In this document: positions 50,316 to 59,184 of the stretch, one piece after another
How the letters are laid out: every line of letters starts with the position of its first letter
Position numbering within the stretch: the first letter of the stretch is position 1
Source of the DNA: Spirochaetota bacterium
Lineage (GTDB): Bacteria > Spirochaetota > UBA4802 > UBA5550
NCBI GenBank assembly: GCA_041737965.1
Contig: JBGSQT010000030.1
Span: 6,633-70,632, forward strand
Direction: 5' to 3'
DNA: 64,000 nucleotides
The notes under the pieces: model-generated
What the model was told of the DNA's origin: nothing
The model's input: the letters and a program-made list of their open reading frames with translations, nothing else
The model's database searches: none
Translations under genes and position numbers: made by a program

Positions 50316-50891
50316 ATGAAGAGGCGCGCGGATGCGGACGGTATCGTGAAACGGGCATTGATTCCGATTGCAGTCTCCCTGGGCCTCTGGGGAGGCCTCT
50401 TTATCGCGAGCATGCATATTCCGGTGACGGAAAATCCCGCGGTGTACCGGTTTCTCATGAACGCGGTGCACGTTTTGCTTTTTTCCGTCATCGGTTTCGG
50501 GGGCGCGCTGATCGTGTATCCGATGATGTACTTCCGCGGTGCCGGCCTGCCGGAACGGACTATCGGGGCAATGGTGACGCCGCTCGCCTTCATTATAAAG
50601 GAAGTGTACCGGGTCTGCGAATTTTTCACCATCGGCGAATCGCTCTACTACGCCTTCAGCTCCATGATCCTGCTCCTGGTATTCGGCCAGGCGGGGCTTC
50701 TGGCGGTTTCTGAGATGATCTGCCGTTACATCGACGCCCGTAAACGGGGCGCGCATACACCGGTGGTCACGCCCCTGCCGGTTGCGGGGATCGTCTTTTC
50801 GCTTGTCTGGCTTTACGTGCTTCTCATCTGGGGGCTCGGCGTCCACTGGTTCTACATCTACCAGGAGGGATATAAACTCCTTTTCCGGTAA
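50316..50891 (+). CDS. Hypothetical membrane protein, probably co-transcribed with the sulfatase
   Basis: About five TM segments; AGGAGAGG RBS; 9-nt gap after the sulfatase. Confidence 0.7.
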   Translation: MKRRADADGIVKRALIPIAVSLGLWGGLFIASMHIPVTENPAVYRFLMNAVHVLLFSVIGFGGALIVYPMMYFRGAGLPERTIGAMVTPLAFIIKEVYRVCEFFTIGESLYYAFSSMILLLVFGQAGLLAVSEMICRYIDARKRGAHTPVVTPLPVAGIVFSLVWLYVLLIWGLGVHWFYIYQEGYKLLFR

Positions 50892-50941
50892 ACGGCACCG
50901 GGCCAATTGAGCGAGATCTCCGCACGACGGGTCAGCGATGG

Positions 50942-51553
50942 TCAGCGGATAAGTTTTTGCGTGATCTCGGCCACGTGCCTCCCCTGGAAACGGGCGGCGG
51001 CCAGCTCGTTTTCGCTGGGCGTGCGCTCCCCCTTGCCGCCGGCGATGGTGCTTGCCCCGTAGGGGGACCCGCCGGTGATCTCGTCGATCCTCATCTGTCC
51101 CGCAAATGAGTAGGGGAGCCCCACGATCATCATGCCCAGATGGAGAAGCGTGATATGAAAACTCAGGATCGTCGATTCCTGGCCGCCGTGCTGGGTTGCC
51201 GAGCTGGTGAACACGCTTCCCGGCTTTCCCACCAGGGCGCCGCTGGTCCACAAGGGGGACAGCGAGTCCATGAACGCGCGCATCTGGGCGGTCATGTTCC
51301 CGAAACGGGTTGGCGTGCCGAAGATGACCGCGTCGGCCTTTTCCAGGTCACCAAGGGCCGCTATCGGGACGTGGGCGTAAATCTTGGACGCCTGATCGAT
51401 GCCGGTGGCCTTCAGTACGTCGGGAGGGAGCGTTTCCGGCACCCGCTTGACGATCGCCTCCGCCCCCTTGACCTCGCGCACGCCTTCGGCGACGGCTTCC
51501 GCCATCGTGTACGTGTGGCCGTATGCGGAATAAAATACAACTGTGATTTTCAT
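50942..51553 (-). CDS. wrbA: NAD(P)H:quinone oxidoreductase WrbA
   Basis: [30 protein letters not shown]; GGAGG RBS before MKITVV. Confidence 0.95.
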   Translation of the reverse strand: MKITVVFYSAYGHTYTMAEAVAEGVREVKGAEAIVKRVPETLPPDVLKATGIDQASKIYAHVPIAALGDLEKADAVIFGTPTRFGNMTAQMRAFMDSLSPLWTSGALVGKPGSVFTSSATQHGGQESTILSFHITLLHLGMMIVGLPYSFAGQMRIDEITGGSPYGASTIAGGKGERTPSENELAAARFQGRHVAEITQKLIR

Positions 51554-51760
51554 GGTCCTGCCTCCCGGTATTTGTAATGGATATTGTAAAATACCGAGAA
51601 GTGCGGAAAAGGTCAAGGGGGCGGGTTTTCAAATCGTTTGGTGAAAGTTTAAAGGGATTCTGGATTAATGCGTGCAAAAAAGATAGGTGCTGGATCGATC
51701 CATGCATGCAAGGCTGCCGGGAAGGGGTGTACGGCTGAGGCGCAAACGAAATATCCCCTC

Positions 51761-52678
51761 CTACGGCGGGCAGATGGCGCAGATTGACCGGTACGCCTCG
51801 GTGGAGAGGTAGCGGTCCCCGCGGTCGGGAAGAATCACCACCACGGTGGAACCGCGCGGAAGGTCGCGCGCCGCGGTCATGGCTCCCCAGAGGGCCGCGC
51901 CGCTGGAGATGCCGCAGAAGAGCCCCTCCACCGTGGCCATGTCGCGCACCGTTTCGAATGCGTCGTCATCGCCGCAGATGAGCTTGTGATCCAGAAGGTC
52001 CGCCTGGTATATCTCCGGGACGATGGATTCCTGCATGTTTTTGAGCCCCTGGATGCGGTGGTCCAGGTTCGGCTCGATACCCATCACCTTTGTCCCCGGG
52101 TTGTGCTCCCTGAAATACCTGGAGCAGCCCATGAGGGTGCCGGTTGTCCCCATTCCGGCCACAAGGAGGTCAGTTCCCCCTTTTGTGTCCCGCACGATCT
52201 CGGGAGCCGTGGTCTCGTAGTGGGCGCGCCAGTTTGCCGGGTTTGCGAACTGGTTGGGCATGTAGTAGCGGTCGCCCATGTTTCCCATTATATGGTGCGC
52301 CCTGGTGATGGCGCCGTCGGTCCTGTCGCAGCCCGGCGTGAGCTCCAGCTCCGCCCCCAGGGCGATGAGCACCGACCGGCGTTCCTCGCTCACGCAGGAG
52401 GGCATGGTAAGCTTGATCTTGTATCCCATGGCCGCGGCGATCATGGCCATGCCGATGCCGGTGTTTCCGGACGTCGGTTCCAGTATCACCTTGTCCTTCG
52501 TAAGCTCGCCGGACTCGATGCCGGCCCTGATCATGTAATATGCCGGCCTGTCCTTTACCGAGCCGCCGGGATTGGCCCCCTCGAGTTTCGCCAGAATGCG
52601 GACACCGGTCCTGTCAGGGTCCCAGAGGTTTCTGAGTTCCACCATTGGCGTGTTTCCGATCGCGTCGATAATGCTCAT
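51761..52678 (-). CDS. cysM: Cysteine synthase B-like PLP enzyme
   Basis: [48 protein letters not shown]; C-terminal CAICPP. Confidence 0.88.
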   Translation of the reverse strand: MSIIDAIGNTPMVELRNLWDPDRTGVRILAKLEGANPGGSVKDRPAYYMIRAGIESGELTKDKVILEPTSGNTGIGMAMIAAAMGYKIKLTMPSCVSEERRSVLIALGAELELTPGCDRTDGAITRAHHIMGNMGDRYYMPNQFANPANWRAHYETTAPEIVRDTKGGTDLLVAGMGTTGTLMGCSRYFREHNPGTKVMGIEPNLDHRIQGLKNMQESIVPEIYQADLLDHKLICGDDDAFETVRDMATVEGLFCGISSGAALWGAMTAARDLPRGSTVVVILPDRGDRYLSTEAYRSICAICPP

Positions 52679-52841
52679 TGCTTTCCCCGAAAAAATGAAT
52701 AGGTGCGTTATGGCCGGGAGGTCTCTTTTTGTCAATTCTGATATATGGCCGGTGAATCCCGGATTTAACTTGCCTTTTTATCCGGAATGTGTTTCGCTGA
52801 TGCGGTCCCTTGGGGGCGATAAAGACAATCCGGAGGACCCC

Positions 52842-53744
52842 TTGTCCGCTGACATGATGAGCACCAGAGAGGTGGCCGAATACCTCGGTATCAACGAAAA
52901 ACAGGTGTACGCCCTTATTAAAGACAAGAAAATACCCTGCACCAGGGTCACCGGGAAATGGCTTTTTCCCCGGCACCTCATAGATTCATGGATAGACCGG
53001 GACGCAGGCATGACGGAATCATCCCGGGCCGCCGGCGATCCCGGAATACTTCTGGCCGCGGGCAGCAACGATCCCATCCTCGACGTGCTGCTGAACCGGA
53101 TGAAACAGGGCGGTGGGAGATATATCTTCTCATGCAGCACCGGAAGCTCCAGGGGGCTTCAGCTCCTGGCCGACGGCGATGCCGACATCGCCTGGTGCCA
53201 CCTTCACGATCCCGATACCGGTGTCTTTAACATCGCCCACGCCTCCTCGGCGCTGGCGGGGAAAAAGATCGCCCTGGTGCGCCTGTTCCACCGTGAGACC
53301 GGGTTTGTCCTCTCATCCGCGCTTGCGGAAACGGTCCGGGGTTTCGGCGACCTCGGGGATCCGGCGGTGGATTTCGTGAACCGCCAGCCCGGTTCAGGCA
53401 CGAGGATCCTGATCGACCAGCGGCTGGCCATGGAGGGGATATCGCCGGAATCGGTGCGCGGATACGAAAGGGAAGTGTATACTCATCTGGAGGTCGCGCT
53501 CTCCATCGTCTCAGGCGAGGCCAACACGGGGGTCGCGTCCGTTGCCGTTGCCAAGCTTATGGGCCTGCATTTCATCCCCCTCATTAAGGAAAGTTTCGAT
53601 ATGGTGCTGATGCAGGAGACTTTTTTTTCAAAGGAGATTCAGGATTTCATCGAGACCCTTCGGTCACCCCGGTTCAGGAAACTGGTTGAGCCGATGGGTG
53701 AATACGATTTCCGCGAATCCGGAAAAATCCTCTATTCCAGCTGA
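52842..53744 (+). CDS. Excisionase-type HTH + periplasmic-binding-fold (molybdate/tungstate) transcriptional regulator, TaoR-like
   Basis: GGAGG RBS and TTG start; MSTREVAEYLGINEKQVYALI...GKWLFP (HTH_17); AGSNDP, GSSRGL, VNRQPGSGTR, THLEVA (PBP domain as fused to MoeA). Confidence 0.88.
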   Translation: MSADMMSTREVAEYLGINEKQVYALIKDKKIPCTRVTGKWLFPRHLIDSWIDRDAGMTESSRAAGDPGILLAAGSNDPILDVLLNRMKQGGGRYIFSCSTGSSRGLQLLADGDADIAWCHLHDPDTGVFNIAHASSALAGKKIALVRLFHRETGFVLSSALAETVRGFGDLGDPAVDFVNRQPGSGTRILIDQRLAMEGISPESVRGYEREVYTHLEVALSIVSGEANTGVASVAVAKLMGLHFIPLIKESFDMVLMQETFFSKEIQDFIETLRSPRFRKLVEPMGEYDFRESGKILYSS

Positions 53745-53931
53745 CCCTGTCTGCCATCAAGATGTTTCATTTTTCCCTGTATGGTGTCATTTGTGGGCAA
53801 AAGGCACCGGTGTAGCCGTAACCATCTTCCAGAAGGGGTATGGCCTGATTAAAGCTGTACAACGGAACAGAAACGACTAAATTCTTCGAAAGTCTGCACA
53901 ATCGCATCCCCAATAATCAAAAGTTGATCAG

Positions 53932-54015
53932 CACCCATGCTCTGACCCCACGATGCAGGACAGGGGGTCAGAGCATGGGTGGGGGTCAGAGCATGGGTGA
54001 GGGGTCAGAGCATGG
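53932..54015. repeat. REP-like cluster: one inverted and three tandem copies of GGGGTCAGAGCATGG(GTG)
   Basis: CACCCATGCTCTGACCCC at 53932-53949; direct copies at 53964-53981, 53982-53999 and 54001-54015 (partial). Confidence 0.9.
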
Positions 54016-54030
54016 ACCGTATCTCTGATA

Positions 54031-54070
54031 AAAGTTACAAAAAGCTACAAAAAATTACTAAAAGCGACAA
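54031..54070 (+). promoter_or_regulatory. Four phased 10-bp direct repeats; candidate operator of the upstream regulator
   Basis: AAAGTTACAA AAAGCTACAA AAAATTACTA AAAGCGACAA, followed by TTGACG at 54079. Confidence 0.7.
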
Positions 54071-54134
54071 TAATCTAATTGACGCGCATGAATTATATTC
54101 AGTGAAATATTGAAAACACTATCTGGAGACTATC

Positions 54135-56555
54135 ATGATTCGAAAAAAGGCTGTTTCAGTGAGAGGTATGATCGCCTTCCTGTTTATGGTGATGACGGGG
54201 ACATTGCTATTTGCGCAGACACCGGCAGATCCCGAAAATCCAGAAAAAAAGGAGAAGAAACGGTTTACGTCGCCCTTCCAGGCTGGCGAAATCGTTGTTA
54301 AGGAAAAAGCGCTGGCGGACATTGAAAGCGCCTCAACGACCACTGAAATTACGGGCGAAGAAATCCGTGATCGGGGCGACAAGACACTTGACCAGGCGCT
54401 CCAGATGGTGCCCGGCGTGAACGTATATCAGAACACAAAGGGGAACATGGTCTTTGATATGAGGGGGATTCAGCACGGCAGGATGACCATGCTGGTGGAC
54501 GGTATTCCCATCGAAGAGGTGTACTACAGCGGCGGTGGAGATGTATCCCGCATCCCCATAATGAACGCGTCAAGAATAGTGGTGAGCCGGGGTGTTGCCT
54601 CGGCCCTATATGGAACTTCAGCAACCGCAGGGGTTGTCAATGTTATAAGCAAGGTTCCTGAAAAGCTCTATGCGGAAGCCAGCGGCGAATACGGGCAATT
54701 CAACAATTATACGCTCAACGCGGCGTGCGGGGCCCCCATGGGGAATGCTTTCTTCCTGGTGAATGCTTCCAGAATTGAATCGGGGGGATATGAGGTTTCG
54801 AAAAAACTGAATCTGCAGCGCCGCGTGTCATGGTTCAACAAGCTGGTGCAGTACTGGGCATACGGGAAGACTCTGGACGGGGTCACACTGGATTCGAAAT
54901 ACAATTACCTGCTGGACAATGACAGGTGGAATGAAACTGAGTTCACCAAGTACCAGGTGCAGGGAAAATTCGGGTATCGTATTTCCGAAAACGTTGAAAC
55001 GGGGATATCCACATATTACTACCAGAACAAGCAGAGATTCAACAGTTTCTATTCCAATACCAACGCCTCCTACAGCGATAGTTCCTTTAAATGGAGCGTT
55101 CCATCCGGCACCAGTTTCACTGTCGATGACAGAAAATCCGCTTTTGTCAACAGGGATTGGCGCTGGCCCGAGGACTACAACTACTTCATCGCCCCCTATT
55201 TTTCCGGCGAGTTCGGCGACTTCTCACTGAAGGTAAACGCCTTTTTTACCCAGCAGTCCAACACCCTGGAAGGGTATGCGGACCAGAATCTTATGCAGAT
55301 GTCGTTTCCCTCCAGCACCTATAATCAGGCCAGCATAAAAAACGGCACGTATAGCTCCTATGGAGACAGGGTGCAGTCGATATTCCTGGATACCCTCTGG
55401 GGGATCAGGGCGTATCCGTCATACAAGCCGGCTGACTGGAACAAGATCAGTGCGGGAGTGCTCTTTAAATCTGAAAATCATCGGGATTATGAAAAAGCCA
55501 TCGATGCCACCGCAACGAATGTACTATCCATACACGGCTCCGATCGCTATATCACCAGGGAACTGGGCGCTTACTATTTCACGCTGGCGTTGGAGGATGA
55601 AATGAAATTCAAGACTCCGGCCGGACAGGTGGCCGTTACCGCCGGAGTATCGTACGACATGCAGCAGATCACAAAGTACAGAAAAAGGAACAATTATGCG
55701 ATCCTTCCGGCCAATATAATGATCGACGGCTGGATTCCCACGGCTGATTCATACATCTGGGGCACAAGGGATTCCTTCAATCCGGTGGTTGGCGTTGTGT
55801 ACGATCCCATGCCCGACTTTCTGAGGTTCCGCGCCGCTTTTTCACGGAAGACCGAATTCCCCAGCATGAGTATGTATGCCACCAACGACAACGCCCTGGC
55901 GGATACAAACGTGAAGCCGGAGATTTCCAACAACCTGAACGCGGGTTTCGAGATTTTCTTTTTTGAAAACTCGGTCAGCTGCCGCAGCGATTATTTTTAT
56001 TCCAAATATATCGACAAAATAGAACGCCTCTATAACGCGGTGAGCGGTACGAATACCTATTTCAACATCTCAGGTCAGACCTCGCACGGGATAGAAAACG
56101 CGGTTACCGTTCGCTTCGATGAAGTGGCGGACGTCGTTGACATATCCGCAACCCTGAGTTATGTATATCTCCATGTCAGAAACGACCACGCCTCATTCAT
56201 TACCAGGGGGAAATTGCTGGAAAAAACCCCGGAGAATCAGATCATCGCACAGCTGACGATGAAGTTTATTTCCGGAACGTCTCTGACATTCTGGGGGAAC
56301 CACACCATGAATCAGGTGCAGTATGTTATGCGGGCCATACCGCAGACGGCCGCGGCGGAGCCCTTTAACAGCGCATATTACACCACCAGGAAGCTTCATG
56401 ATCCGTGGATGCTGAGCATCAAGGTGTCCCAGGATATATGGAAGCACTTCAGTGTATGGGGAATGTGCAGGAACATACTGGATGATTACAACGCGGACCC
56501 CTTCAACCCGGGTCCGGGAAGGACATTCTACATCGGCGGCAGCGGAAAGTTGTAA
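54135..56555 (+). CDS. TonB-dependent outer-membrane receptor
   Basis: Signal peptide; TonB-box-like GEIVVKE; plug motifs LQMVPGV, MRG, LVDGIP, SALYG..AGVVNVI; barrel motifs VKPEIS and NILD..PGRTFY. Confidence 0.95.
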   Translation: MIRKKAVSVRGMIAFLFMVMTGTLLFAQTPADPENPEKKEKKRFTSPFQAGEIVVKEKALADIESASTTTEITGEEIRDRGDKTLDQALQMVPGVNVYQNTKGNMVFDMRGIQHGRMTMLVDGIPIEEVYYSGGGDVSRIPIMNASRIVVSRGVASALYGTSATAGVVNVISKVPEKLYAEASGEYGQFNNYTLNAACGAPMGNAFFLVNASRIESGGYEVSKKLNLQRRVSWFNKLVQYWAYGKTLDGVTLDSKYNYLLDNDRWNETEFTKYQVQGKFGYRISENVETGISTYYYQNKQRFNSFYSNTNASYSDSSFKWSVPSGTSFTVDDRKSAFVNRDWRWPEDYNYFIAPYFSGEFGDFSLKVNAFFTQQSNTLEGYADQNLMQMSFPSSTYNQASIKNGTYSSYGDRVQSIFLDTLWGIRAYPSYKPADWNKISAGVLFKSENHRDYEKAIDATATNVLSIHGSDRYITRELGAYYFTLALEDEMKFKTPAGQVAVTAGVSYDMQQITKYRKRNNYAILPANIMIDGWIPTADSYIWGTRDSFNPVVGVVYDPMPDFLRFRAAFSRKTEFPSMSMYATNDNALADTNVKPEISNNLNAGFEIFFFENSVSCRSDYFYSKYIDKIERLYNAVSGTNTYFNISGQTSHGIENAVTVRFDEVADVVDISATLSYVYLHVRNDHASFITRGKLLEKTPENQIIAQLTMKFISGTSLTFWGNHTMNQVQYVMRAIPQTAAAEPFNSAYYTTRKLHDPWMLSIKVSQDIWKHFSVWGMCRNILDDYNADPFNPGPGRTFYIGGSGKL

Positions 56556-56609
56556 GACCGAAACCGGCGCTTCCTTCTGGATGCGCCGGTCCTATTTTGG
56601 AGGTATTCG

Positions 56610-58370
56610 GTGAGACGGGATTATCTCTTTGTGGCGTTTTTTACTGTTCTCTTCGGCGTTATTGCGGTATGGCGGGGGGGATCTCTCCGCTCTGATACCG
56701 GGTCCCTTTCCGTGACGGGTATCGTGAAAAATCCGATGGTGCTGTCGGCGGCTGATTTGATGAATTATCAGCAGGTGACGGTGCGGATGAGCGGCTTCGA
56801 CAAGGAGGGCCGCTACCGCGGAACCTTTATTTACAGGGGAGTGCCGCTCAAGACGGTTCTTGACGCGGCCCGCATAGAAAAAGAGGAGAGCGATTTTTTT
56901 AAGCCGGTGGATACGGTCATTCTTGTAAGAAACGCCCGGGGAGAGCAGGCGGTGCTGTCCTGGGCGGAGGTGATGTACCGGCAGCCCTCTGACGTTTTGA
57001 TCGCCTATGAGGCGGCTCCTGTTATGCCGCAGAAAGGGTGCGAGGGGTGCCATAAAAAAGGCGAGTATGAAAAATGGATCGAGCCGCTGAAGCGGACTAT
57101 CGGGTTTCCCAGGCTCATCCTTCCCGGGGATTCGAGGGACGAACGCTGTATCGAAAACATCTGCACCATCGAGGCGGTTGATCTGCATTTCAAGCTGCCG
57201 AAGGTGAAGGACCGCCGTGAGGTTCCAAGCTTCGTGATCCGTATCGCCGGGAGGGAGACCATACTAAATAAACTTCCCGCCGCAGGGCGAAGGAATATCG
57301 AAGCACCTCAGGTGGGCGACGGCAAAGGGTTTCACGGCATACGAAAATATGCAGGCACTCTGCTGGCGGACCTTCTGCTGGACGCCGGACTCGGGAAGTC
57401 CCTCGAGGGGGTGATTCTGGCCGGCGCTCCCGACGGGTATCGGTCGGTTATTTCAGTCGGCGAGCTTGTCTTGGGCGACACCGGAAAGGATACCATTGTG
57501 GCCGATACTCTTGACGGCGGGCCGATAAAGAATATGGGCAGGTTTCACATGGTGGTGCCGGGAGACCTGGCAGCGGATCGGTGGGTAAAGTCATTGCAGT
57601 TCATCGATTTCGTGCCGCTGAAGCGGGACCCGAAGCTCTACATCATCGGGGTCGGGTGCGGGGACACCGGCTTGATAACTCTCGAAGCGATATCGTATAT
57701 CTCAAAAGCCGATTCCGTGGTGTGTTCCGAGGACATCATGCGGCGCTACTCGCGCTATATCGGCGATCGCCCCCTGCTTTTTGACCCTCTCATGAACCTG
57801 GAACACTACTATCGAGAGAAGCATCCCGGTATATCTCCCGGTGAGGCCAAGAGGCATGTCGCGGGGCTCCGCGAAAAGAACATCGCCGCAATTCGAACCG
57901 AACTCGATTCCGGACGGTCCGTCGCGTTTCTGGAATACGGCGACCCGGCTATTTACGGAAGCTGGTCCTTCTGGTCCAGGGATCACTTTTCGGAATCCGA
58001 GATTCATGTGGTGCCGGGAATCAGCGCGATGAACGCCGCCAACGCCATGATAGCCAGGAATGTGGTCGCCAAAGGTTCTCTGGTGCTGACGGTGCCCAGG
58101 GGTATTCGGGAAAATGAGAAGATGGTGGAAAACCTGGCAGGGAGCGGAGATACGCTGGTGATTTTCATCGCCCTGAAGGACGCGGAATCGCTCGCCCCGG
58201 TTTTGGGGAAATATTATCCGGAACAGACACCGGTTACTCTGGCCTATAAGGCCGGATACTCGCTGGACGGAAAACTGGTGAAAACCACCTTAAAGGATAT
58301 GGTTCGAAAAATCAACGAAGAGAGCGAACGTTTTCTCGGGTTAATATATATTGGCAAAAGCCTTGACTGA
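56610..58370 (+). CDS. Fusion protein: N-terminal hydrophobic segment + two sulfite-oxidase-fold (molybdopterin-binding-like) domains with CxxCH insert + tetrapyrrole (SAM) methylase domain
   Basis: LSVTG.VKNP...YRGVPLKTVL...PRLILPGD; YAGTLLADLL...DGYRSVIS...FHMVVPGD..ADRWVK; LYIIGVGCGDTGLITLEA, GDPAIYG, VVPGISAMNAA. Confidence 0.85.
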   Translation: MRRDYLFVAFFTVLFGVIAVWRGGSLRSDTGSLSVTGIVKNPMVLSAADLMNYQQVTVRMSGFDKEGRYRGTFIYRGVPLKTVLDAARIEKEESDFFKPVDTVILVRNARGEQAVLSWAEVMYRQPSDVLIAYEAAPVMPQKGCEGCHKKGEYEKWIEPLKRTIGFPRLILPGDSRDERCIENICTIEAVDLHFKLPKVKDRREVPSFVIRIAGRETILNKLPAAGRRNIEAPQVGDGKGFHGIRKYAGTLLADLLLDAGLGKSLEGVILAGAPDGYRSVISVGELVLGDTGKDTIVADTLDGGPIKNMGRFHMVVPGDLAADRWVKSLQFIDFVPLKRDPKLYIIGVGCGDTGLITLEAISYISKADSVVCSEDIMRRYSRYIGDRPLLFDPLMNLEHYYREKHPGISPGEAKRHVAGLREKNIAAIRTELDSGRSVAFLEYGDPAIYGSWSFWSRDHFSESEIHVVPGISAMNAANAMIARNVVAKGSLVLTVPRGIRENEKMVENLAGSGDTLVIFIALKDAESLAPVLGKYYPEQTPVTLAYKAGYSLDGKLVKTTLKDMVRKINEESERFLGLIYIGKSLD

Positions 58371-58420
58371 CGCCCTGTTTGCGCGGTACCTTTATCTATT
58401 ATGGCGGTGGAGGTGATGGA

Positions 58421-58630
58421 ATGAAAATCAGCGCGCGTAACGTCATAAGGGGCAAGGTTAAAAAAGTCTCCCCTGGGGCCGTGAATACAGAAGTGGTGAT
58501 GACGCTGCCCGGCGGGACGGAACTTGTATCGGTTATCACCAAATCTTCCGCTGACACCCTCGGCCTGGAGCCGGGGAAGGAGGTTTACGCCGTGGTCAAG
58601 GCCTCAAACGTGATGATCGCGGTTGATTAA
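58421..58630 (+). CDS. mop: Molbindin (Mop/TOBE) molybdate/tungstate-binding protein
   Basis: MKISARNVIRG...SVITKSS...LGL...AVVKASNV; GGAGG RBS. Confidence 0.93.
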   Translation: MKISARNVIRGKVKKVSPGAVNTEVVMTLPGGTELVSVITKSSADTLGLEPGKEVYAVVKASNVMIAVD

Positions 58631-59184
58631 GGATTCCTGGCGTATCTCCCTACAAGCTCTCCCTTTCCGAGGATATGGCCTTCGATCGCCCGGAGAAGGT
58701 CCCGTTTGGTCGCACCTTCCTTCAGGGAAAGCGGCGCGTCAAGCGCGTATACCTTGAAAAAGTAGCGGTGCGTGCCGCCGGGAGGGCAGGGACCCCCGTA
58801 CTCGGTTTTCCTGAAATCCGTTATTCCCGCCTTTATACCCGGAATGGCCCCCCCTTTTGCCGAAAAACCCTCGGAGAGTTCCGTTATCTGGGGGGGGATA
58901 TTGAAGAGTATCCAGTGCACCCAGTCCCCCACCGGCGCGTCCGGGTCGTCGCAGAGGAGCGCGAAGCTTTTTGTCTCCTCCGGTGCCCCGGACCAGGCGA
59001 TATGGGGGGATATGTCCTGCCCGTCGCAGGTGTACCTTGACGGGATCATATCATTGTGGCTGAATGAATCGCTTCTAACGGTAAGGGTTTTCATGATTCC
59101 GGTTTTTCCTCCTTCGCGGGAATATGACATTGACGCCCAGAGCAACACCGCGATTGCCGGTGCTATGACCGCAGTGCGTGTCAT
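58627..59184 (-). CDS. YbhB/YbcL (PEBP) family protein
   Basis: YTCDG.DISP, DDPDAP, WVHW, YGGPCPPGGTHRYFF. Confidence 0.93.
   Translation of the reverse strand: MTRTAVIAPAIAVLLWASMSYSREGGKTGIMKTLTVRSDSFSHNDMIPSRYTCDGQDISPHIAWSGAPEETKSFALLCDDPDAPVGDWVHWILFNIPPQITELSEGFSAKGGAIPGIKAGITDFRKTEYGGPCPPGGTHRYFFKVYALDAPLSLKEGATKRDLLRAIEGHILGKGELVGRYARNP

Noticed and set aside
52842-53010. Prophage or ICE excisionase
   Set aside because: The Xis-like HTH is fused to a PBP sensor domain; no integrase, att-site tRNA or phage genes are in the window.
53932-54015. Mini CRISPR array
   Set aside because: Units are 15-18 bp, directly adjacent with no spacers, one is inverted, and no cas genes are present.
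57633-58370. Borosin RiPP methyltransferase or a cobalamin biosynthesis cluster
   Set aside because: The motif is GDP-x-x-YG as in CobM-type enzymes rather than the borosin YGHP; there is no core-peptide tail or precursor, no other cob/cbi genes, and no cobalamin riboswitch visible before the receptor.
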